This document shows positions 10,166 through 20,302 of a stretch of 64,000 bases of DNA, in pieces (the first letter of the stretch is position 1; every line of letters begins with the position of its first letter). This stretch comes from a virus (taxonomy: Duplodnaviria > Caudoviricetes), in the IMG/VR virus record IMGVR_UViG_3300025711_000239, positions 54,645 to 118,644 of that record. One strand, written 5' to 3'. The notes below the pieces were generated by a model. The model was given only the letters and a program-made list of their open reading frames with translations. It did no database searches and was not told the DNA's origin. The position numbers and the translations under genes were made by a program.

Positions 10166-10288
10166 TCAGTTGCTATGGATGACTGTCACCGGCACATTGA
10201 TGTAGGTATTGATGTTCATACCGTCACCTCCGTTTGGGTGCAGTAATGCCACCAGCAATGACACAACGTAAAATGCTTTACGCGTCAT
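10166..10288 (-). CDS. 40-aa peptide, candidate type I toxin (TimP-like architecture)
   Basis: Manual translation MTRKAFYVVSLLVALLHPNGGDGMNINTYINVPVTVIHSN; own terminator; antisense-matched leader. SD is weak. Confidence 0.55.
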   Translation of the reverse strand: MTRKAFYVVSLLVALLHPNGGDGMNINTYINVPVTVIHSN

Positions 10289-10603
10289 TGTTTAAGCCTT
10301 ACAGGTACTGACCAGTGGCGTTCGGTGCGCCCCGCAAGACATAAAACGCATGCTTGTGTTCGGTCGGGGGGGTTGATATGACAGTAAGGTACCGAATTGG
10401 CTGAGAATCCACCTTACTGCTTCGTCTTTACTAAGGATGCCACAACCACATAGGTGGTTTCATTGTCTTTCTACCATGCCACGATAACTTGCCGAAAAAA
10501 GTATCATTCTGATGTTTTTGGTTTTTCCTACAACACAACTTTTCTGAAAGAGTTTTTTCAAAAGTCGGGTTGCAAAGGAGGTCATGGGACGTATACTGGC
10601 GTT

Positions 10604-10740
10604 GAAAACGCATGCTTGTGTTTGCTGTTTTTAGCAAATCAGCAGAGGTGAAAATTGCCTGAGAACAATTTTTGCCTTCTGGAGAAATGCCTGAGAACAT
10701 TTTTCTGGATTCAATAAAGCCGCCTACGGGCGGTTTTTTT
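10604..10740 (+). ncRNA. Candidate ~137-nt antitoxin sRNA
   Basis: TTGCAA(10570)-N16-TATACT(10592) promoter, terminator at 10716-10740; 5' 18 nt complementary to the peptide mRNA leader. Confidence 0.55.
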
Positions 10741-11356
10741 GTATCTGCAACAAGCATATCGCAACCACGCTTCCCATTCATTGCCATCTAAGGCAGAGCA
10801 ATATTACTTTACCTTGGAAGCTACGACTCAAGATCTCATCAACTATGCCTTTTCGCACCTGAGACACATCGTAGACCCGGCACGTCACACGCTTCAAACA
10901 CTATCGCTTCTATTGTGAGTCTTAATATAATTGAGCGACCTTCAGAGGCATTCTATCACACTGTTTTGCGTGACTCCCTATGCTGCGAAATAGGCATGTA
11001 GCCAGGCTTAAATGGTTATTGCCACATCTTATCTGTGTTTTTTAACAGGTTTCAACTCCATGCAATGAATAGCTTCGAGCTCCATGCGCGCCACTCATAC
11101 CCTGTATAGTCAAAATCATAAATGCAGTAGTTGTTCGCGCGCAAGCCCACCATATATAGGGTTTCGCAAAACGCACATAAACTGAAGTAAGCAAGTCAGC
11201 AACGCTGGGCTTTGCAGCGCAGAAAATTCTTTTGTAAATGTCGCTGAGCCAAAAATAGGGCAAAAAAAGCCCTTGGCTATTGATTGGGGGAAGAGAGCGC
11301 AAACAATTGGAGTATGGCTTGCGCAGGTAGGGGGTGACGCAAAATTATGAGAAAAT

Positions 11357-11572
11357 TTAGAGTGTATGTTTCAGCAGTGCAAAGAGCATTGGCCTGCTAT
11401 TAATGGTATTACCCTTCAGGTCTATACATACCCAGTTTTTACGCTGAAACGTGATGTAGCAGTCGGTTCGGTTGATGCGAAGCGGCTCGGTTCTGCCTGC
11501 TTCTACAAAACCTTTTGCCTTCCAATAGCCGCGCATTTTGTCTAATTCGATCTGCTTCAAACCTAAATTCAT
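11357..11572 (-). CDS. Small hypothetical protein
   Basis: 71-aa ORF with operator motif A upstream. Confidence 0.45.
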   Translation of the reverse strand: MNLGLKQIELDKMRGYWKAKGFVEAGRTEPLRINRTDCYITFQRKNWVCIDLKGNTINSRPMLFALLKHTL

Positions 11573-11655
11573 AATGAGGAAATTCTTAAAAACTTTAGAG
11601 TGGACATATTCTCATATGAAATCACCCACTGGTCAATTCCATACTCCTAATCTTA

Positions 11656-11675
11656 TACTGTATTTTTATACAGTA
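11656..11675. promoter_or_regulatory. LexA (SOS) box
   Basis: TACTGTATTTTTATACAGTA directly upstream of the umuD SD. Confidence 0.92.
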
Positions 11676-11689
11676 AAAGGAGGGGCGTT

Positions 11690-12130
11690 ATGCGCTTAAC
11701 AATAATAGCAATACCAGATGAAGCCGCGCCGCGTCAGGCTTTCAGGCAGTTTCTTGAAACAGTGGCGGCGGGCTTTCCGTCTCCGGCCATTGGATATGAA
11801 GACACACCACTGGACCTGAACGAGTATTGCGTGAGGGCAAAAACAGCGACTTACTTCGTCCGCTGTGAGGGTGAGTCTATGATCGGGGCCGGTATTTTTG
11901 ACGGCGATCTGCTGGTGGTGGATAAATCCAAGGCGGCAGCAGACGGGCAGATCGTGATTGCCTCAGTGGACGGGGAGTTTACGGTAAAAAAGCTACAGCT
12001 GAGGCCGGTGCCGATGTTGCTGGCCATGAACCCGCGCTATAAGCCGATCCCTGTCGAGCCTGATTGTCTGGAAATATGGGGGGTGGTGACTTATGTGATC
12101 CACCGTACTGACAATGTTCCTGCACAGTGA
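11690..12130 (+). CDS. umuD: UmuD (S24 autopeptidase)
   Basis: VAAGFPSPA cleavage site, GESM catalytic Ser, FTVKK catalytic Lys. Confidence 0.93.
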   Translation: MRLTIIAIPDEAAPRQAFRQFLETVAAGFPSPAIGYEDTPLDLNEYCVRAKTATYFVRCEGESMIGAGIFDGDLLVVDKSKAAADGQIVIASVDGEFTVKKLQLRPVPMLLAMNPRYKPIPVEPDCLEIWGVVTYVIHRTDNVPAQ

Positions 12131-13379
12131 CGTTAACGCCTTCTACGTGTCGGCGGAGCTGACATTCAGGCCGGACCTTTACGGGCGTCCTGTCGTGGTG
12201 GCGACGAACAACGACGGCTGCATAGCGGCGCTTAACCGCGAGGCTAAGAACGTAGGCCTGAAGCGGGGCGATCCGCTGTTCAAAATCCGAGATACCATCC
12301 GGCGCTACGGCGTGGTGGTGTTCAGCAGCAACTACACGCTGTACGACGCATTCAGTAAACGTTTCCATATGATAGTGGGTGAGTATGTCCCGAACCTGGA
12401 AGCGTACTCGATCGATGAGGTGTTTGGCTCTCTGGATGGCATGGAAAAGCTGGTGGACTTTCAAACATTCGGGGAAGAGATCCGGCGCACAGTTATCCAG
12501 CACACCACGATGAAGTGTGGCATAGGGATAGCGGAGACAAAGACACTCTGTAAGGTTGCCACGCACGCAGCAAAGACCTGGCCTAGAACAGGCGGCGTGG
12601 TGGTGCTGACCGACCCGAAACGGCGCGACAAGCTGCTATCGCTTCTCGACGTCTCCGAGACGTGGGGTGTCGGCAGAAAGATAGGGGCTAGGCTGCAGCT
12701 GATGAACATCAAGACGATGCTCGACCTTGCCCGTGCTGACACAACTATGATCCGCAAAAACTTCAACGTTATGCTGGAGCGCACAGTCCGGGAGCTGCGC
12801 GGCGAACGCTGCTTCGAGCTCGAAGAGAACCCGCCGACTAAGCAGCAGCTGGTGGTAAGCCGTTCGTTCGGTAAACGTCTCACCAGCCTGGATGAAGTGA
12901 GTAACGCGGTTTGCTTCTTTGCCACCAGCGCCGGTGAAAAGCTGCGGCGTGAAAAGCAGTACTGCCGGAATATCACGGTATTTATCCAGACCAGCAAACA
13001 TGATCCGCGCCACGCATATTACTCACGCGGCGCCAGCCATTCGTTTACGACGGCCACACAGGACACACGCGATCTGATTGATGCCGCCGTGCGCGGCCTC
13101 AGAGCTATCTGGCGCGACGGCTACGAATATGCGAAGGCTGGGGTGATGCTGGGAGAGTTCTGCGGATCAGAGCAGCAGCTGAACCTGTTTGACGAGTCAC
13201 TGCCGCGTCCCGGCAGCGATAAGCTGATGGCCGTGATGGACAAGCTGAATAGTTACCAGCGCGGCACGCTGTTTATTGCCGGTCAGGGCGTTAACCTGGC
13301 CTATCAAATGAAGCGGGAAATGTTGTCTCCGCGCTATTTGACCCGTTGGGAAGAGTTACCCGTCGTAAAGATGAAGTAA
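12114..13379 (+). CDS. umuC: Y-family DNA polymerase V subunit UmuC
   Basis: DVNAFY, NNDGC, YSIDE, MKREMLSPRYLT motifs. Confidence 0.95.
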   Translation: MFLHSDVNAFYVSAELTFRPDLYGRPVVVATNNDGCIAALNREAKNVGLKRGDPLFKIRDTIRRYGVVVFSSNYTLYDAFSKRFHMIVGEYVPNLEAYSIDEVFGSLDGMEKLVDFQTFGEEIRRTVIQHTTMKCGIGIAETKTLCKVATHAAKTWPRTGGVVVLTDPKRRDKLLSLLDVSETWGVGRKIGARLQLMNIKTMLDLARADTTMIRKNFNVMLERTVRELRGERCFELEENPPTKQQLVVSRSFGKRLTSLDEVSNAVCFFATSAGEKLRREKQYCRNITVFIQTSKHDPRHAYYSRGASHSFTTATQDTRDLIDAAVRGLRAIWRDGYEYAKAGVMLGEFCGSEQQLNLFDESLPRPGSDKLMAVMDKLNSYQRGTLFIAGQGVNLAYQMKREMLSPRYLTRWEELPVVKMK

Positions 13380-13885
13380 TTTGTGATAAGTACATAATTA
13401 ACATGAATTTAGGTTAAGTATAATTCCAGAGTTACTAGCACCATTAATTTTAGTAGTTAAGCTGATCACTTGTTGATCAACCCTTAGAGTGTGCATACAA
13501 TCAGAAAAAACCGAAAACGCACAAATGAATGAAATGCGTTAACTTTTTCTGGCTTGGAGTTGTATGGATATGACTGGCATAGCAAACTTTGCTTTTAACT
13601 TAATGGTGCTTTTCTTTGCTTTTCTGGCACTGGTGTCTGTAGTGATCTTGTGCGGATTGCCCGCAATTTTGCGAGCATTTGACGCCTACTTAGCAAAATT
13701 AAACTCGCTCAACTGAACCTAAGATATATCCCCGCAATAAATTCAATTTCTTACCTGATGATCAGCTGGTTGCACCTAAAGCCAGCTGGTCTCGCTACTT
13801 CCAGAAAATAAAGTTTAATATAAATTTTAAAAAAATTTAGAATGTCATAAACTTATATCCGAAATTAACCACTGGATTACAGAGT

Positions 13886-14068
13886 ATGCACGTTACAACC
13901 AAAACCCTTAATCTAAGCCAGCCGTTCCTTATCAGTGCTTTACTCGCTGAAATTGCAAGACTTCATCCCGGTGCCAGCGTCAGCAATGCGCAATTCAGTG
14001 CCATTATCGAGGCTGCTAACCATATCGTCTGTGCTTTTAGCCGGAAAGTGGTGATGACTCATGACTGA
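13886..14068 (+). CDS. Small hypothetical protein, first gene of an early operon
   Basis: Overlaps the next gene; operator motif A just upstream. Confidence 0.5.
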   Translation: MHVTTKTLNLSQPFLISALLAEIARLHPGASVSNAQFSAIIEAANHIVCAFSRKVVMTHD

Positions 14069-14705
14069 CCGCTTTTACATGATCTGTACCAGAGATACGG
14101 TAGGCAGTAATGCCTCTTTCTGGTGCCAGAATGGTCATGGCTATCACACCAACATCGACAAAGCGCACGTTTATACCCAGGCAGAAGCACAGAGCCGGTG
14201 GAATACGGGCCGGAGTATCGATCAACCCGTTTGCGCTGACAGCGTTGATGCGCTGGCCGTCGTTCACGTTGACCACCAGCATGTACCCGGCGAATCATTC
14301 ATTACCCCTGATTGCAGTCGGTATGTTGCCTTTCAGAAAGGGCGCTGGGACGGCAATGATCTTTACTGGCTGCGCAACGGCGATGTGCCGACAACCGACT
14401 TCACACAAGCTGCAATTTTCAATAAACCGGGCGATACCTCCAATCTGGTTTGGCTACCGTTCGCCACGGCCGACGCAGTAAAGCGCCGCACGTTCCCTAT
14501 CGCCATGCTGAATCATCGCCGCATGGTGCAGGGTGCTGGCTTACGCGTACCGGCGCACATCAGCCGCGCACGCCGCCGCAAGCCAGGCACAGGAAAGACT
14601 CGCCATAACTGCCCGAACTGCGGGCGCATTAACTGGCAACTAAACCCTTATGACTTTGAAGGCTGCGCTGACTGGCAGTGTGAAGGGACGCCTACGCATG
14701 GATAA
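14061..14705 (+). CDS. Phage hypothetical protein with C-terminal CxxC
   Basis: 214 aa, coupled in the operon. Confidence 0.6.
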   Translation: MTDRFYMICTRDTVGSNASFWCQNGHGYHTNIDKAHVYTQAEAQSRWNTGRSIDQPVCADSVDALAVVHVDHQHVPGESFITPDCSRYVAFQKGRWDGNDLYWLRNGDVPTTDFTQAAIFNKPGDTSNLVWLPFATADAVKRRTFPIAMLNHRRMVQGAGLRVPAHISRARRRKPGTGKTRHNCPNCGRINWQLNPYDFEGCADWQCEGTPTHG

Positions 14706-15174
14706 GGCCGTCTTAGACATGTGCTGTGGCCCACGCATGATGTGGTTCGATAAAGCCGATCCCCGCGTGTTGTATTCCGATATCCGGGAAGAGACCCACC
14801 AGCTGCCCGACCGGGAGCTGGTTATCAGCCCGGACGTGATTGCCGACTTCCGTTCACTGCCTTTCCCGGATAACTCTTTTTATGTGATTGCCTTTGATCC
14901 ACCGCACCTGGAGCGTGCAGGCGAGAAGGGCTGGCAGCGCCTTAAATACGGGGTGCTTAATCGCGGAACGTGGCGCGCTGATTTGCGCGCCGGTTTTACT
15001 GAAGCCTTCCGCGTGCTGCGCCCGAACGGCCTGCTGATTTTTAAATGGAATGAAACGCAGATCCGGGCGCGGGACATTCTGGCACTGACTGACCAGAAAC
15101 CCCTGTTTGGCCACATCAGTGGCAAGCGTGGTTTAACGCACTGGTTTACCTTCATCAAAGACGGAGAGCAGTAA
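14698..15174 (+). CDS. Small SAM-dependent (probably amino-DNA) methyltransferase
   Basis: LDMCCGPRM motif I and FDPPH motif IV; ATG at 14698 overlaps the upstream gene end. Confidence 0.8.
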   Translation: MDKAVLDMCCGPRMMWFDKADPRVLYSDIREETHQLPDRELVISPDVIADFRSLPFPDNSFYVIAFDPPHLERAGEKGWQRLKYGVLNRGTWRADLRAGFTEAFRVLRPNGLLIFKWNETQIRARDILALTDQKPLFGHISGKRGLTHWFTFIKDGEQ

Positions 15175-15530
15175 TGAACCTGCGTAAATTCTTCCGGCTC
15201 AAAGCGCCTTGCGCTAACTGCCCGTTCCTGAAAGCTGGTGGCATCGAGCTGAATCCCGGACGCCTTGAGGGCATCAAAGCGCACTTGCTACGAGACGACT
15301 TTTCATCGTTCTACTGCCACAAAACCACGCACTGCACTGGCGAAGAAGAGGACGAAGACGGCGAGGGTTATAGCCCGTCCGGGAAAGAAGCACATTGCGC
15401 CGGCGCTGCCGCGTTTTTGCTTTCCCGCGGCCGTAGCAACATCGCCATGCGCCTAGCATTTGCTGAAGGGCAGATAACGCCTGCTGATTTTGAGCCTGCG
15501 ATCAGTATGATTACGACAGACTTAAAGTGA
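15174..15530 (+). CDS. Cys-rich phage hypothetical protein
   Basis: PCANCPF..FYCHKT..CAG motif. Confidence 0.6.
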   Translation: MNLRKFFRLKAPCANCPFLKAGGIELNPGRLEGIKAHLLRDDFSSFYCHKTTHCTGEEEDEDGEGYSPSGKEAHCAGAAAFLLSRGRSNIAMRLAFAEGQITPADFEPAISMITTDLK

Positions 15531-15545
15531 CCTATCTACACTGGC

Positions 15546-16379
15546 TTGAACATTAACTGCCAGAATAGAATAGGAACAATAAAAATATGTAGCTGGATTT
15601 ACTCAATGAAAATAAATGCTGAAGGTTTAAGTGTCTATCTAAAAGCCACATCTGAAAATATTGATGACCATTTCAAGCATCCACCTAACCTAATGCACTT
15701 GGTTAATGAAATGGACGAAATATTTCAGAATGAAATATTTGCGCATGAGTATGATGTAAGCGTTATTGCAGGCTTTCTTGCGATGAACTCTTACACATTA
15801 CTCTTAAGTGCTGTTCGGCAGGCGTTGTCCGGTCATATAGTCACCATTTTTCCCCTTGCAAGAACAGCCCTTGAATCCGCATGCTATGCCTATCTTATCG
15901 CACAAGATGAAGAAGTAGGGAGGATTTGGCTTAACCGGAACAAATCGAAAAGCGCACTTGAGAAATGTAGGAAAAATCTAACAGTACAGAAAGCTAAGAC
16001 TCAATTAATGTCCCTCTCTCCTGATATGGCTAACTTTACTAAACAACTGTATGACGAGTCCATTGATCATGGCGCGCACCCTAACCGTAAAGCAGTATTT
16101 AAACATCTGAGTAACATGGATGAGGAAGACGAAAAATCACACAGCTTTGTCTTAACTGGTGTTTATGGCCAAAATACCTGGCAGGTGAACTACGCACTTC
16201 TTGCATGTATTGAATATGGTCAGGCGATTGCGTTCATCCTGGCTGCTTGCGCCAAAGAACATCCTCTTATTTATGAACGTCGTGAAGTTTTTCAAAATTG
16301 GATTGATAAAAAAAATCAAATTGCAGAGGAATTGAATGGTGGTGAAATTGACTACGGTGATTTAACCCCGCCCGCATAA
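15546..16379 (+). CDS. AT-rich cargo protein, DUF5677/HEPN-like candidate
   Basis: RTALES..Y and LYDES..HGAHP motifs; low GC; likely start is ATG 15606. Confidence 0.45.
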   Translation: MNINCQNRIGTIKICSWIYSMKINAEGLSVYLKATSENIDDHFKHPPNLMHLVNEMDEIFQNEIFAHEYDVSVIAGFLAMNSYTLLLSAVRQALSGHIVTIFPLARTALESACYAYLIAQDEEVGRIWLNRNKSKSALEKCRKNLTVQKAKTQLMSLSPDMANFTKQLYDESIDHGAHPNRKAVFKHLSNMDEEDEKSHSFVLTGVYGQNTWQVNYALLACIEYGQAIAFILAACAKEHPLIYERREVFQNWIDKKNQIAEELNGGEIDYGDLTPPA

Positions 16380-16457
16380 CCTCATTTGCATACGCGAGAA
16401 TAGTTACCGCTGGCGGGCGCGCTTACCTGGTGCGCCACCAGCGACACAACAATAATT

Positions 16458-17015
16458 TCAGGCATGAGCAGCGCGGCGGCGCTCGATCAGTTTGTTAGCG
16501 ATAGACTCCACTTCTGCAAAGTCCTTTGAGGCGCTGGCTCTGAGCGCAAGATTCCACTTACTGAGTGTGCGGGCGTTAGCGGCCAGTTCACTGCCTGCCT
16601 TAAGTCGTCCATTCTCTGCCAGCCATTGTGCAACGTCAGCCCAATCCCAAAGTGGTGACTGGCCTTTAATGCGCTGAATAGGGCAGGGGAAATCACCGTT
16701 GCCGCGTGTGCCGTCTTTTAGCATAGCGATGGCCTGGCGGGACATTTCAGAGAGATCTGCAATGTCACTTAAGCCGACCAGTGCAGAATCCACAGACGTT
16801 ACTGTAGCGCCGGTACCGGCAGACTCCACGTTATCAATTGCTGATGCAATCGCATCGTCCAGCGAGTCCGCTTCACGATCAAATTCCAGATAAACAGAAC
16901 GGCCATATGCGCAGATCAGCGCATCATCACAGCCGCTTTCAAACAGCGCATCTTCCAGTCCTTCGGTCTCATACATTACGCCTGAGAGTGTCAGAGTGAA
17001 GTTATAAAGCGCCAT
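16458..17015 (-). CDS. HicB-like antitoxin with HTH domain
   Basis: LEFDREA..L..AI..A domain followed by GLSDIADLSEMSRQAI HTH; downstream of the HicA-like gene. Confidence 0.65.
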   Translation of the reverse strand: MALYNFTLTLSGVMYETEGLEDALFESGCDDALICAYGRSVYLEFDREADSLDDAIASAIDNVESAGTGATVTSVDSALVGLSDIADLSEMSRQAIAMLKDGTRGNGDFPCPIQRIKGQSPLWDWADVAQWLAENGRLKAGSELAANARTLSKWNLALRASASKDFAEVESIANKLIERRRAAHA

Positions 17016-17086
17016 AGTACCTCTTCTTATTCGTTGGTTTTGAGACTCGGTAAAGAGTGGCGTTAACCACTCCTTACCGGGCAAAA

Positions 17087-17311
17087 TCAAGGGCAGTGAC
17101 CTACCTTCCGCTTAATTTGCTTGGCGTGGTTCTCCGGGTTTTTCGGAGTTGACCACACACTCATAGAGTGATCTCGGTGTTCACTTTCTGGATTTCCACA
17201 ACGCAGCTTGCAAAAGCAGTGGGCAGAATCGCCCGGTGGAACCCAAACCCAGCCATGTTCTAACGCATAATCAATGGCTGCTTGAATATGCTTGTTCGGA
17301 TGTTTCTTCAT
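17087..17311 (-). CDS. HicA-like toxin
   Basis: 74 aa, GW....SAH..L.C...WSTP motif. Confidence 0.6.
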   Translation of the reverse strand: MKKHPNKHIQAAIDYALEHGWVWVPPGDSAHCFCKLRCGNPESEHRDHSMSVWSTPKNPENHAKQIKRKVGHCP

Positions 17312-17512
17312 TCGCCTCCGAGTAATACTATTCTATTCTCTGTGTTGACATCCGTCAACGCTGAATGAAATTCATCCGTTGATGCCCGCACCCCTTACTA
17401 CCTGATCGCGTACTGTCTACGGCCAGCCCGGACTAACAACAAGATAATTCATTTTGCTTGTATTGACAAGCAAAAACTATATCTGTATCTTACACCTCAT
17501 GGCGCTGCTTTA

Positions 17513-18235
17513 GTGCCACCGCCCTGGCGGCTCCAGGCAATAAGGAATCATTTCATGCCAATCTCTTCAATGACGGCCACCGCGGCACTTCAGCATATGT
17601 CTTACACCCTGACCGGCGTAATCAAACAGAGCCAGCAGGCGGGCTTTATCGCGGCTGAAGCCTACGCAGATATCAAAACTAATTATGAGCTAGTGGCCAC
17701 CAGCTGCACCGACTTGGCGACCGTTGTCTGGCTGAGTAATCACCTCTGCTTTGGCTACATTGGCGATGAACATACTTTTGAAGAGATCAACCTGGGCTAT
17801 CGCGATCACATCGACTACATCCTCAAATCTGGCTGGCGTCCGGGTACGGCACCGGCGCACCCAATGGTGCTTAGCAATATGTTTGAGCTGGAGTGGTGGG
17901 AGCCTCAGCAGATCACGGTGACTGCGCACAATGCGGATACCGTTACCGGCATTGCCACCATGACAGACACCGAAGGCGAATATCAATTTGCGTTTGAATG
18001 GCAGATGCAGATGGGGGAAAAGGCAGAGCAATATAACCTGCCGTTTATGGTACATATCACGGCAGCACGCTTTACTCTGCCCTATGAGTTCAAACTGTAT
18101 GAATGCGACGGAAGCCCGCTCGATGCGCTGGAAGCCATTCAGGAAATGGATTGCGCCTTGGGGTTTTGTAACGAGTATTTCGCTGACGTCTATGAAGAAT
18201 ATGCCCCGGCAGAAGGGGAAACTAATCGAGGCTAA
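17513..18235 (+). CDS. Acidic hypothetical protein
   Basis: Long ORF at the head of an operon; start uncertain. Confidence 0.5.
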   Translation: MPPPWRLQAIRNHFMPISSMTATAALQHMSYTLTGVIKQSQQAGFIAAEAYADIKTNYELVATSCTDLATVVWLSNHLCFGYIGDEHTFEEINLGYRDHIDYILKSGWRPGTAPAHPMVLSNMFELEWWEPQQITVTAHNADTVTGIATMTDTEGEYQFAFEWQMQMGEKAEQYNLPFMVHITAARFTLPYEFKLYECDGSPLDALEAIQEMDCALGFCNEYFADVYEEYAPAEGETNRG

Positions 18236-18237
18236 TC

Positions 18238-18462
18238 ATGACCGATAAAGCACGCGATCCACGGGCTTTAAATTCAGTGAAAGGAGCCGCCCCAGCGACG
18301 ACTCAGATTCAGATGCGCGTCGTTCCCGATGTTAAAAACCGCTATGTCGCACAGGCACAGCGGGAAGGGATGAAGCTGTCAGAATGGATTCAGTATCACC
18401 TTAATGATGTTTGCCAGTTGGCAGATGACGTAAAGCTACAGGATAAGAACACCAGTGATTAA
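18238..18462 (+). CDS. Ribbon-helix-helix-like small protein
   Basis: IQMRV...KNRY...AQREGMKLSEWI pattern. Confidence 0.6.
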   Translation: MTDKARDPRALNSVKGAAPATTQIQMRVVPDVKNRYVAQAQREGMKLSEWIQYHLNDVCQLADDVKLQDKNTSD

Positions 18463-18763
18463 ACAGGAAATAAGGGCGCTGTTTCTGGCGAACGGCTTCA
18501 AAATGGAGCAACAGCCTGATGGCAGTACCGATTTAAATCCCGCCTGCTACAGCGTCGCTCAGGCGCTTGCAGAGCAGTTCAGCGATATTTACGGGCAACC
18601 GGCAGGAAATGTTGAGATCGCCGCTGGTGGTGGCGCAGAGGCCCGCACAATGAAGCTGTTTCACGATAAGGCGGCAAGCATTGAGTTTCCGACCTACATC
18701 ATCCGCAAGCCGTCGAGAACATCCGCGCTGGCCACCAGCAAAAATACGGTATGCGGGCGCTGA
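18455..18763 (+). CDS. Phage hypothetical protein
   Basis: IRALFLANGF..Q.DG..DL.P motif common in phage early genes. Confidence 0.5.
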   Translation: MIKQEIRALFLANGFKMEQQPDGSTDLNPACYSVAQALAEQFSDIYGQPAGNVEIAAGGGAEARTMKLFHDKAASIEFPTYIIRKPSRTSALATSKNTVCGR

Positions 18764-19125
18764 TGGACGACAGGTTAAGTCAGTACGGCTGGCTCTCGTT
18801 TGAGGGCTGGCCGGACAGTGAAGTTCACGACTATCTCACCACTAAATGCGGCATCATTCACGCCCGCAAATTACCGGATGGTAGCTGGACTGGTCTTCTG
18901 CGTCTCCTGTACACGCTCAGCGTCTGCATGGGGATCACGCCAACGGACGTGTATCAGTATCGCTGGTGCTTTGAGGATCCGAATGAGGCGGTGTTTCTCT
19001 ATAAAAACGCCTTTGAAGTTGATGAGATACCGGAGCGCCGGGAGTCGCTGGTGGGCCACCGGCACACGACCGGCACTCCGCTTTACGTTGAGTTTGATCA
19101 ACTGGGTTTGCCGAAGTGGCGTTAA
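18751..19125 (+). CDS. Hypothetical protein
   Basis: Coupled ORF in the operon. Confidence 0.5.
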   Translation: MRALMDDRLSQYGWLSFEGWPDSEVHDYLTTKCGIIHARKLPDGSWTGLLRLLYTLSVCMGITPTDVYQYRWCFEDPNEAVFLYKNAFEVDEIPERRESLVGHRHTTGTPLYVEFDQLGLPKWR

Positions 19126-19247
19126 TCACCAGCTGACGCATAGAACGGTTAAACAATAAACAAACAGATTAACTAAACTTGTTACTTTATGAGCCATTAA
19201 GTTTAATGGCCTCAATACCTGCTTATTGCTTTCAAAATGGAATAGTA

Positions 19248-20183
19248 ATGAATTTTCTAAAACGGTTCTCAAAGGACTATCGGCGCATTACCTCTCGCCA
19301 CAACATCCCTTACGCGCAGGTTGCTGGAAGTAATAGCCGTAATGATATATCCAGCGTTGTTATCCCAACTGTAGGCGCTGACTTTATTGAAGAGGCCATT
19401 CTTAGCGCCACGTTCGCAGCACGCTATGCGCCAGAGCTGCGCGAAATAGTTATCGTGACCGATCAGCCTGCTTCCGCATTTACTAATCTGCCGGAAAAGG
19501 CGCGGGTTGTGACACTGGATATTCAGATCCCAAATCCTTCACACCGCTATGCGCAGATATACAAAAGCCGTCTCTTGAAAATGCAGGCTCCGTTATCAGC
19601 CAGCCCGGACTCGACCGGCGTACTGATGATCGACTCAGATTTAAATCTTCTGAAAATGCCGAGCTACCAGCTGGAGAAATTCAGCCTCTACTCATGCTTC
19701 CGTAACGGACGTATGGGTGCGAAGTTTGAAAAGCGTGGTTATCAGAACGTGCCAGCCTATTACGCTAACAGTGTGCGGCCTGGTCTGGAACAGCACGTTA
19801 ACAGCGCGTTCCTGGCGGCTACCTACTTCACATGGCAGAGGCTCTGCCCGTTGTGGGTAAACCTGTTTAATGACACATGGGAAACGCTCCCGGATGATCA
19901 ACCACCAACGGATCAGCCGCCGCTGTCAGCCGCACTGGATACCCTGGACTATCAGACGGTGAACTTGGGTGACTGGACTAACTGGCCGGTATCCAAAAAG
20001 ATTGGTGGCACGCCGTCTGTTATTCCAAAAGAAGTGATTGGCGCTCACGGTGGCTTCCCGTTAAGCGAATGGCAGAAGTATCTGGATAACCCCGATCAGC
20101 CGTTGCTGTTTCGTGGTCAGGATTACACCCGCAAAGTGCGCTATCTGACGGATGAAGAAAAGCGCGCTGGCGTTTCATCCTGA
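19248..20183 (+). CDS. GT-A-fold glycosyltransferase-like protein
   Basis: IVIVTD, LMIDSD (DxD), VNSAF, TDQ and H motifs resembling GT8; start uncertain. Confidence 0.55.
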   Translation: MNFLKRFSKDYRRITSRHNIPYAQVAGSNSRNDISSVVIPTVGADFIEEAILSATFAARYAPELREIVIVTDQPASAFTNLPEKARVVTLDIQIPNPSHRYAQIYKSRLLKMQAPLSASPDSTGVLMIDSDLNLLKMPSYQLEKFSLYSCFRNGRMGAKFEKRGYQNVPAYYANSVRPGLEQHVNSAFLAATYFTWQRLCPLWVNLFNDTWETLPDDQPPTDQPPLSAALDTLDYQTVNLGDWTNWPVSKKIGGTPSVIPKEVIGAHGGFPLSEWQKYLDNPDQPLLFRGQDYTRKVRYLTDEEKRAGVSS

Positions 20184-20302
20184 TTACCACTGTCCACCAG
20201 CTATCCGGCTGGTGGCCGGTTATGAGTTACAGTAAACGCGGCTCTACGTTTTGACGTGAAGGCGCAGATGTATAAAGTAGAATTAATCAGGTAGGAATAG
20301 GG

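Noticed and set aside
10431-10787. 118-aa and 65-aa ORFs in the track
   Set aside because: No recognisable features; they overlap a promoter-sRNA-terminator unit that explains the region better.
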